Of a stretch of 64,000 bases of DNA, positions 51,106 through 61,225 are shown piece after piece. A model generated the notes under the pieces. The model was given only the letters and a program-made list of their open reading frames with translations. It searched no databases and had not been told where the DNA came from. Within the stretch, counting starts at the first letter, position 1. Each line of letters begins with the position of its first letter. The DNA comes from Mobula hypostoma. Lineage: Eukaryota. The position numbers were made by a program, and so were the translations under genes. Location: the NCBI RefSeq assembly GCF_963921235.1, contig NC_086108.1, positions 9,362,001 to 9,426,000 of the forward strand. Direction: 5' to 3'.

Positions 51106-51387
51106 TTGCCCCACACACCCTCCCTACCGTCAGTGAATGCTCTATTTTTACGCTCTATTCTTGGTTGGTGCGGCTGTAAGGAAACCAAATTTCCCTCGGG
51201 ATTAATAAAGTATACCTATCTATCTATGCTACAGCAAAGCACCCTCTCCCTTCCCTCCATCGCACCCCACCACTCATCTGAACTGGAGGCCAAAGATCTG
51301 CAACACCCCGCATCCCTACACCTCCTCCTCCAACCCAGACCACCTCCGCCCTCTCTCCTCCCTCCTCCCAACAAAAACAACTTTCAC

Positions 51388-51390
51388 CAT
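51388..51390 (-). CDS. ERH: ERH exon 1 coding part (ATG only)
   Basis: aaaATG followed by a gtgaaa donor. Exons total 3+88+121+103 = 315 nt, i.e. 104 aa plus stop, the canonical ERH length. Confidence 0.85.
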
Positions 51391-51399
51391 TTTCCCCCA

Positions 51400-51525
51400 C
51401 GAGCCCCGTCCGGACAAGAAATGGAAACCGGAAAGCTGCTCCGCGCGACCTTCCACCCGGAACAGCAGTGACGTCACGCCGCGTCCTATCTCTCCGCGCC
51501 ACCCCTCGATGCGATTGGCTGAAAG
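51400..51525 (-). promoter_or_regulatory. CpG-rich ERH promoter with ETS, CRE and CCAAT motifs
   Basis: CCGGAA at 51428 and 51457, palindrome GTGACGTCAC at 51468-51477, AGCCAATCG on minus at 51512-51520. No TATA box seen. Confidence 0.75.
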
Positions 51526-51974
51526 TTCAGAGAAACTTTTCATTTTGTAAAAAACTTTGTTGGATGGAAACAGGAACCAACATCGGGGTTAATGTATACG
51601 TGACTGGGTCCAGTGTTCACCCGGCGGGTCGGTGTGCCTCGGACCAGGGCTGACGTTCACCCAGACCTCATCCGGCTCGTCGGGGGGGGGGGGGGGTCCG
51701 TACAGCTGCTAAGCAGCGGGGCAACGGTCCCCCGACCCACTCCAGTCAGTCTGCACCGTCACCGTACCTATCCACCGCTCTACCTTCCACAGTTCAGGTA
51801 GACAAGGCTACTCTGACTCACTGTAGAGATCTGGGAACCTACAGATCCGGAGGTGATACATCAACTGTCGATACTGTACTTGCAAACTGCTGGAAAGTCT
51901 CAGCGTGTCAGGCAGTTGTGGACGGAAATGCACAGTTGACTTCTCAGGCTGAGTGCTAACCGGAAGACCACAAT

Positions 51975-53220
51975 CTATGCGGATTGGTAATAACATCTCC
52001 TCTTCTCTGACGATCGACACTGGTGCACCTCAGGGGTGTGTGCTTAGCCCACTGCTCTACTCTCTCTATACCCATGACTGAGTGATTAGGCATAGCTCAA
52101 ATGCCATCTACAAATTTGCTGATGATACAGTCATTGTTGGTAGAATCTCAGGTGATGACGAGAGGCCGTACGGGGGTGAGATATGCCAACTAGTGCAGTG
52201 GTGTCGCAGCAACAACCTGGCACTCAACGTCAGTAAAATGAAAGAGCTGATTGTGGACTTCAGGAAGGTAAGACAATAGACAATAGGTGCAGGAGTAGGC
52301 CATTCAGCCCTTCCAGCCAGCACCACCATTCACTGTGATCATGGCTGATCATCCACAATCAGTACCCTTTTCCTACCTTCTCCCCATATCCCTTTGCTCC
52401 GCTACCTTTAAGAGCTCTATCTAACTCTTTTTTGAAAGAATCCAGAGAATTGGCCTCCACTGCCTTCTGAGGCAGAGCATTCCACAGAACCACAACCCTC
52501 TGTGTGAAAGAGATGAAGGAACACATGCCAATCCTCATAGAGGGATCAGAAGTGGAGAGAGTGAGCAGATTCAAGTTCCTGGGTGTCAAGATCTCTGAGG
52601 ATCTAACCTGGTCCCAACATATTGATGTCGTTATAAAGAAGGCAAGACAGCGGCTATACTTTATTAGGAGTACAAATATACTCAAAAACTTCTATAGATG
52701 TTCCTTGGAGAGCATTCTGACAGGCTGCATCACTGTCTGATGTGGAGGGGCTACTGCACAGGACCAAAAGAAGCTGCAGAAGGTTGTAAATTTAGTCGGC
52801 TCCATCTTGGGTACTCGCCTACAATGTACCCAGGACATCTTCAAGGAGCGGCATCTCAGAAGGGCAGCGTCTATTATTAAGGACCTCCAGCACCCAGCGC
52901 ATGCCCTTTTCTCACTGTTACCATCAGAGAGGAGATACAGAAGCCTGAAGGCACATACTCAGCGATTCAGGAACAGCTTCTTCCCCTCGGCCATCTGATT
53001 CGTAAATGGACATTGAACCCTTGGACACTACCTCACTTTTTAAAAAATATATAGTATATTTTTGCACAATTTTTAATCTATTCAATATATATATATTGTA
53101 TAAAGTATACTAAATAAGATTTATTTTTTTTCTAGATTATGTATTGCATTGAACTGCTGCTACTAAGTTAACAAATTTCACAACACATACTGGTGATATT
53201 AAACCTGATTCTGATTCTGT
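51975..53220 (+). mobile_element. Rex1/Babar-like LINE fragment with a nested CR1 3' end (about 52274-52507, -)
   Basis: KFADDTVIVGRIS...LALNVSKMKELIVDFRK resumes as MKEHMPILIEGSEVERV after the CR1 insert; (GATTCT)n tail. Confidence 0.85.
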
Positions 53221-53885
53221 TCATGTGGACTCTTGTCAAATCAGATCCTGATGGCAGCAGCAAGAAAAGAGCATGACCTGGCTGCTGGGTGGGAACCCTG
53301 ATGATGGCTGCTGTTTTCCTGCGATAGCACTCTGTGTGGATGTGCTTATTGCAAAGGGGTTTCCTGTGACGGACTGAGCCATATCCAGCACTTTTTGTAG
53401 GATTTCCCATTCTTGGGCATTAATGTTTCTACACCGGGCCGTGAGGCAACCAGTCAGAAAAGTCTCCACTGTACAGCTACAGAAGTTTATCAAAGTTTTA
53501 GATGGCATGCCGAATACCTTTCAGGATGAATGCAGCAGCCTGACTCTCCTGGGCGTTATTAATGAAGCAGCTGGGTTTTCTGGTACAGTTATCATTGCCT
53601 GTTTTTTAACCCCATAATTACTGCAACATAAAGTTACCAACCCAGAGCAAATTAGATAGTAACTGTTATACATCACTATAAATAAAGTAATTTTCTGCCC
53701 TACTCCTTTTCACAAGAACAATGAAATGATCACTGCTGGTCTATAAATGGGGCATCAGATAGCTAATTTAAAAGAGGCCCAAACCACGGTTGCAAGGGTG
53801 CGGTGATTGAAATCAAATTCGAGGCGGCCGGTCCGGGATTCATATTGGTCCTATGATTTTTTGGTATTCTTGCCAATCCTTTCTT

Positions 53886-56800
53886 ACATAGAAACATAGA
53901 AACATAGAAAATAGGTGCAGGAGTAGGCCATTCGGCCATTCGAGCCTGCACCGCCATTTATTATGATCATGGCTGATCATCCAACTCAGAACCCTGCACC
54001 AGCCTTCCCTCCATACCCCCTGATCCCCGTAGCCACAAGGGCCATATCTAACTCCCTCTTAAATATAGCCAATCAACCGGCCTCAACTGTTTCCTGTGGC
54101 AGAGAATTCCACAGATTCACCACTTTCTGTGTGAAGAAGTTTTTCCTAATCTCAGTCCTAAAAGGCTTCTCCGTTATCCTCAAACTGTGACCCCTCGTTC
54201 TGGACTTCCCCAACATCGAGAACAATCTTCCTGCATCTAGCCTGTCCAATCCCTTTAGGATCTTATACGTTTCAATCAGATCCCACCTCAATCTTCTAAA
54301 TTCCAACGAGTACAAGCCTAGTCGATCCAGTCTTTCTTCATATGAAAGTCCTGCCATCCCAGGAATCAATCTGGTGAACCTTCTTTGTACTCCCTCTATG
54401 GCAAGGATGTCTTTCCTCAGATTAGGGGACCAAAACTGGACACAATACTCCAGGTGTGGTCTCACCAAGGCGTTGTACAACTGCAGTAGTACCTCCCTGC
54501 TCCTGTACTCGAATCCTCTCGCTATAAATGCCAGCATACCATTCGCCTTTTTCACCGCCTGCTGTACCTGCATGCCCACTTTCAATGACTGGTGTATAAT
54601 GACACCCAGGTCTCGTTGCACCTCCCCTTTTCCTAATCGGCCACCATTCAGATAATAATCTGTTTTCCTATTTTTGCCACCAAAGTGGATAACTTCACAT
54701 TTATCCACATTAAATTGCATCTGCCATGAATTTGCCCACTCACCCAACCTATCCGAGTCACCCTGCATCCTCTTAGCATCCTCCTCACTGCTAGCACTGC
54801 CACCCAGCTTCGTGTCATCCGCAAACTTAGAGATGCTGCATTTAGTTCCCTCATCCAAGTCATTAATATATATTGTAAATAACTGGGGTCCCAGCAATGA
54901 GCCTTGCGGTACCCCACTAGTCACTGCCTGCCATTCTGAAAAGGTCCCGTTTATTCCCACTCTTTGCTTCCTGTCTGCTAACCAATTCTCCACCCACACC
55001 AATACCTTACTCCCAATACCGTGTGCTTTAAGTTTGCACACTAATCTCCTGTGTGGGACCTTGTCAAAAGCCTTCTGAAAATCCAAATATACCACATCCA
55101 CTGGTTCTCCCCTATCCACTCTACTAGTTACATCCTCAAAAAATTCTATGAGATTCGTCAGACATGATTTTCCTTTCACAAATTCATGCTGACTTTGTCC
55201 GATGATTTCACCGCTTTCCAAATGTGCTGTTATCACATCTTTGATAACTGACTCCAGCAGTTTCCCCACCACCGACATTAGGCTAACCGGTCTATAATTC
55301 CCCGGTTTCTCTCTCCCTCCATTTTTAAAAAGTGGGGTTACATTAGCCACCCTCCAATCCTCAGGAACTAGTCCAGAATCTAAAGAGTTTTGAAAAATTA
55401 TCATGAATGCATGCACTATTTCTTGGGCTACTTCTTTAAGCACTCTGGGATGCAGACCATCTGGCCCTGGGAATTTATCTGCCTTTAATCCCTTCAATTT
55501 ACCTAACACCACTTCCCTACTAACATGTATTTCGCTCAGTTCCTCCATCTCACTGGACCCTCTGTCCCCTACTATTTCTGGAAGATTATTTATGTCCTCC
55601 TTAGTGAAGACAGAACCAAAGTAATTATTCAATTGGTCTGCCATGTACTTGCTCCCCATAATCAATTCACCTGTTTCTGTCTGTAGGGGACCTACATTTG
55701 TCTTTACCAGTCTTTTCCTTTTTACATATCTATAAAAGCTTTTACGGTCAGTTTTTATGTTCCCTGCCAGTTTTCTCTCATAATCTTTTTTCCCCTTCCT
55801 AATTAAGCCCTTTGTCCTCCTCTGCTGAACTCTGAATTTTTCCCAGTCCTCAGGTGAGCCACTTTTTCTGGCTAATTTGTATGCTTCTTCTTTGGAATTG
55901 GTACTATCCCTAATTTCTCTTGTTAGCCACGGGTTCACTACCTTGCTTGATTTATTCTTTTGCCAAACTGGAATGAACAATTGTTGTAGTTCATCCATGC
56001 AATCTTTAAATGCTTGCCATTGCATATCCACTGTCAATCCTTTAAGTGTCATTTGCCAGTCTATCTCAGCTAATTCACGACTCATACCTTCAAAGTTACC
56101 CCTCTTTAAGTTCAGAACCTTTGTTTCTGAATTAACTATGTCGCTCTCCATCTTAATGAAGAATTCCACCATATTATGGTCACTCTCACCCAAGGGGCCT
56201 CTCACGACAAGATTGCTAATTAACCCTTCCTCATTGCTCAAAACCCAGTCTAGAATAGCCTGCTCTCTAGTTGGTTCCTCGACATGTTGGTTCAAAAAAC
56301 CATCCCGCATACATTCCAAGAAATCCTCTTCCTCAGCACCTTTACCAATTTGGTTCACCCAATCTACATGTAAATTGAAGTCACCCATTATAACTGCTGT
56401 TCCTTTATTGCACACATTTCTAATTTCCTGTTTACTACCATCTCCGACCTCACTACTACTGTTAGGTGGCCTGTACACAACTCCCACCAGCGTCTTCTGC
56501 CCCTTAGTGTTACGCAGCTCTACCCATATCGATTCCACATCTTCCCGGCTTATGTCCTTCCTTTCTATTGCGTTAATCTCATCTTTAACCAGCAACACCA
56601 CCCCACCTGCTTTTCTTTCATGTCTATCCCTCCTGAATATTGAATATCCCTGAACGTTGAGCTCCCATCCCTGGTCACCCTGGAGCCATGTCTCTGTGAT
56701 CCCAACTATATCATAATCATTAATAACAAGCTGCACTTTCAATTCATCCACCTTATTACGAATGCTCCTTGCATTGACACACAAAGCCTTCAGGCGCTCT

Positions 56801-57097
56801 TTTACAACTCTCTTAGCCCTTATACAATTATGTTGAAAAGTGGCCCTTCTTGATGCTTGCCCTGGATTTGTCGGCCTGCCACTTTTACTTTTCTCCTTAC
56901 TACTTTTTGCTTCTACCCTCACTTTACACCCCTCTGTCTCTCTGCACTGGTTCCCATCCCCCTGTTGTGAACTAACCTCCTCTCGCCTAGCCTCTTTAAT
57001 TTGATTCCCACCCCCCAACCATTCTAGTTTAAAGTCACCTCAGTAGCCCCCGCTAATCTCCCTGCCAGGATATTGGTCCCCCTAGGATTCAAGTGTT
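53886..57097 (-). mobile_element. Young CR1 LINE with the end of ORF1 and a near-complete ORF2
   Basis: ORF1 end HLNPRGTNILAGRLAGATEVTLN* (stop 57024-57026). ORF2 of 981 codons (EN+RT) stops about 30 aa early. (CATAGAAA)n tail. Confidence 0.97.
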
Positions 57098-57454
57098 ACC
57101 AATTGGAAGGCTGGGTTTTGGGGTTTGATGTTCTGATCTGTTAGTTTTTGTGCAAGGGAGAGGTTGGGTTTTGCGAGATTTTGCTTATTTTTCTTTTCAT
57201 GAAGGGGGAAGATTTATATCTTTGGTTCTATGGTTTTCTATTTTTCATGACTATCTGGAGAAGACAAATCTCAGAGGTGTATTCTGCATACATACTTTGA
57301 TAAAAAAAAATGAACCTTTGAAATCAGATCGCTGATAAATCAGACATATACAGTACTCAAAAAGGAAATTTTTTTCTCCAACTTCCCGGAATGCAGACCT
57401 CATGGACCGGACCATGACACCCTTCTCCCATGGGCTACTCTCTTCTCCTATTAT

Positions 57455-59556
57455 AACCATATAACAATTACAGCACGGAAACAGGCCATCTCAGCCCTTC
57501 TAGTCCATGCCGAACTCTTACCCTCACCTAGTCCCACCGACCTGCACTCAGCCCATAACCCTCCATTCCTTTCCTGTCCATATAGCTGTCCAATTTAACT
57601 TTAAACAACAACATCAAACCTGCCTCAACCACTTCTGCTGGAAGCTCGTTCCACACAGCTACCACTCTCTGAGTAAAGAAGTTCCCCCTCATGTTACCCC
57701 TAAACTTTTGCCCTTCAACTCTCATGTCCTCTTGTTTGAATCTCTCCCACTCTCAATCGAAAAAGCCTATCCACGTCAACTCTATCTATCCCCCTCATAA
57801 TTTTAAGTACCTCTATCAAGTCCCCCCTCAACCTTCTACGTTCCAAAGAATAAAGACCCAACTTGTTCAACCTTTTTCTGTAACTTAGGTGATGAAACCC
57901 AGGTAACATTCTAGTAAATCTTCTCTGTACTCTCTCTATTTTGTTGACATCTTTCCTATAATTCGGTGACCAAAACTGTACACAATACTCCAAATTTGGC
58001 CTCACCAATGCCTTGTACAATTTCAACATTACATCCCAACTCCTGTACTCAATGCTCTGATTTATAAAGGCCAGCATGCCGAAAGCTTTCTTCCCCACCC
58101 TATCCACATGAGAGTCGACATTCAGGGAACTATGCACCATTATTCCTAGATCCCTGTGTTCCACAGCATTCTTCACTGCCCTATCATTTACCATGCATGT
58201 CCTATTTTGATTAGTCCTACCAAAATGTAGCACCTCACATTTATCAGCATTAAACTCCATCTGCCATCTTTCAGCCCACTCTTCTAACTGGCCTAAATCT
58301 CTCTGCAAGCTTTGAAAACCTACTTCATTATCCACAACTCCACCTATCTTAGTATCATCTGCATACTTACCCATCCAATTTACCACCCCATCATCCAGAT
58401 CATTAATGTATATGACAAATAACATTGGACCCAGTACAGATCCCTGAGGCACACCACTAGTCACCGTCCTCCAAACTGACAAACAGTTATCCATCACCAC
58501 TCTCTAGCGTCTCCCATCCAGCCACTGCTGAATCCATTTTACTACTTCAATATTAATACCTAACGATTGAACCTTCCTAACCAACCTTCCATGTGGGACC
58601 TTGTCAAAGGCCTTACTGAAGTCCATATAGACAACATCCACTGCTTTACCCACGTCAACTTTCCTAGTAACCTCTTCAAAAAATTCAATAAGATTTGTCA
58701 AACATGACCTTCCACGCACAAATACATGTTAACTGTTCCTAATCAGGCCCTGTCTATCCAGATAATTATATATACCATCTCTAAGAATACTTTCCATCAA
58801 TGTACCCACCACTGACATCAAACTCACAGGCCGATAATTGCTAGATTTACTCTTAGAACCCTTTTTAAACAATGGAACATGAGCAATACGCCAATCTTCC
58901 GGCACCATCCCCGTTTCTAATGACATTTGAAATATTTCTGTCAGAGCCCCCGCTATTTCCACACTAACTTCCCTCAAGGTCCTTGGGAATAACCTGTCAG
59001 GACCCAGAGACTTATCCACTTTTATATTCCTTCAAAGTTCCAGTACCTCCTCTTCTTTAATCATCATAGTTTCCATAACTTCCCTACCTGTTTCCCTTAC
59101 CTTACACTATTCAATATCCTTCTCCTTAGTGAATACTGAAGAAAAGAAATTTTTCAGAATCCTCCCCCATCTCTTTTGGCTCCACACATAGCTGTCCACT
59201 CTGATTCTCTAAGGGACCAATTTTATCCCTCACTATCCTTTTGCTATTAATATAATTGTAGAAACCCTTGGGATTTATTTTCACCTTACTTGCCAAAGCA
59301 ACCTCATATCTTCTTTTAGCTTTTCTAATTTCTTTAAGATTTTTTTTACATTCTTTATATTCCTTGAGCACCTCATTTACTCCATTCTGCCTCTATTTAT
59401 TGTATATGTCTCTCTTTTTTTGAACCAAGTTTCCAGTATCCCTTGAAAACCATGGCTCTCTCAAACTTTTAACCTTTCCTTTCACCCTAACAGGAACATA
59501 AAGATTCTGTACCCTCAGAATTTCACCTTTAAATGAGCTCCATTTCTCTATTACAT
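57455..59556 (-). mobile_element. Older CR1 subfamily copy, frameshifted
   Basis: GVPQGSVLGP, YADD, YMDFSKAFDKV and SNYRPVSL across ORFs 57528-59371. Confidence 0.9.
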
Positions 59557-59559
59557 TCT

Positions 59560-59790
59560 TTCTACATATCAGATTCTTTCTTCTCCATCCCTTGACCTTT
59601 CCCACCCACCTGCCCTCACCAGCTAGCCTCTTTTCTTTCTCCCACCCCACCACTTTATTCAGGAGTCTTCCCCCTTCCATCTCTGTCCTGAAGAAGGGTC
59701 TCAGCCTGAAACTTTGACTGTTTATTCATTTCCATAGATGCTGCCTGACCTGCTGAGTTCCTCCGGCATTTTGTATGAGTTGCTCTTCCA
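59560..59790 (+). mobile_element. Penelope-derived pseudo-LTR fragment
   Basis: Hammerhead-like motif at 59683-59720. Confidence 0.7.
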
Positions 59791-60216
59791 GATTATGCAT
59801 TATTTTTAAACCCCAGTCGTCTTCTCCTCCACTTTTCCATACATCTTCAACTTCCTGAAGGAATCCGAAGCAGGTTTATTATCACTGACATATATACCAG
59901 GTGCCATGGAATCAGCAGTGCAATACATTAAAAACTAGAAATTACAATTAGAAATCTATATAAAAAGTAAATTAAATAATTAGTGTAAAAAGCACGTGAG
60001 TGAGTGAGGTAGTGTACATGGTTTCATTGTCCATTTAGGAATCTGGTGGCAGAAAGGAGAAGCTGTTCCTAAAATGTTGAATGTGTGCCTTCAGCCTCCT
60101 GTACCTCCTCTTGAATGGAAGAGGGCATGTCCTATGAGTACATAAACACACTGTTTATTTGTTGTTAATATTTATTATAATTCACTGCAAATTTTAGATA
60201 CTGTATTTCATTGTAT

Positions 60217-60525
60217 GGGTGACGGGGTGGAGATACATCTCTACCAAAGGAGGTGTAAGGTGATCCTTCCCTCCACTAGCCTGCAGGTCACCCTTGGGCA
60301 AGGACTAGCACCTGCTTAGTAGCACCCCTTCCCCGATTAGGGTCACTTGAAACCACGGGAGCAGGTGGTGGACGGTCGTATGAGCAGCCGGTGCATATCA
60401 CAAGTCCTGGTGAGGTGACCACTGACACCAGGTAGACAATCTCTGAAGGGTATTGATAATGACTGGGGTCACCCGTCTTGTAAAGACACTGCCCAGAAGA
60501 AGGCAAAGGCAAACCACTTCTGTAG
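60217..60525 (+). mobile_element. RTE-mobilised SINE-like element
   Basis: Reverse-complement homolog of 30-445. Confidence 0.6.
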
Positions 60526-60739
60526 TATGAGGTCAGGTGGGAATAGAACGTGAGGTCATGGGTTAGGGTGAAAGGTTTAAGGGGAATTTTTTCACTCACA
60601 GGGTGGTGAGAGTTGCCAGCGGTGGTGGATAAGGGTTTGATTTCAACTGTTCAGAGAAATGTTGATAGGTATGGGGGTAGGAGGGACATGGTGCGGGTTC
60701 AGTTCGATGGGACTAGCAGAGTAATAGTTCAGTGAAATA

Positions 60740-61225
60740 AGCCAAGATGAGGCCACCCTTAGGGCGCAGAGCAACATCTTCCGTCTTGGTGGCCTCCAGA
60801 CTGGTGGCATGAATATTCATTTCTCCTTCTGGTGGTAAAAAAATTCCCTCCCACTCCCTCTTTTTCTATCCCCCATTCTGGCCTCTTACCTCTTCTCACC
60901 TGCCTATCTATCGCTTCCTCCTGGTGCCCCTCCTCATTCCCTTTCTCTTATGGTTCATTCTCCTCTCCTATCCGATTCCTCCCTCTCTAGCCCTTTTCCT
61001 TTCCTACCCACCCAGCTTCACCTATCACCTTCCACCTAGCCTCCTTCCCCTCCCCCACCGTTTCGTTCTGGTGTCTTCCCCCTTCCTTCTCAGTCCTGAA
61101 GAAGTGTCTTGGCCAGAAACATCGACTGTATTCATTTCCATAGATACTGCCTGACTTGCTGAGTTCCTCCAACATTTTGTGTGTATTGCTTTGGATTTCC
61201 AGCATCTGCAGATTTTCTTGTGTTC
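60740..61225 (+). mobile_element. Penelope-like element 3' remnant
   Basis: Homologous to 6065-6780, with a hammerhead-like motif at 61091-61128. Confidence 0.75.

Noticed and set aside
45085..51390. ERH as a processed or dead pseudogene
   Set aside because: It has three introns with GT-AG sites, an intact 315-nt CDS, only conservative substitutions and a CpG promoter.
51468..51801. SLC39A9 first exon on the + strand
   Set aside because: The ORFs here (51468-51653, 51613-51801) show no hydrophobic ZIP9-like N-terminus.
60217..60325. HDV-like ribozyme at the 5' end of the RTE-SINE
   Set aside because: P1-like GGGTGA/TCACCC and P3-like CCT/AGG pairings exist, but the L3 loop is only 2 nt and P1.1 cannot form.
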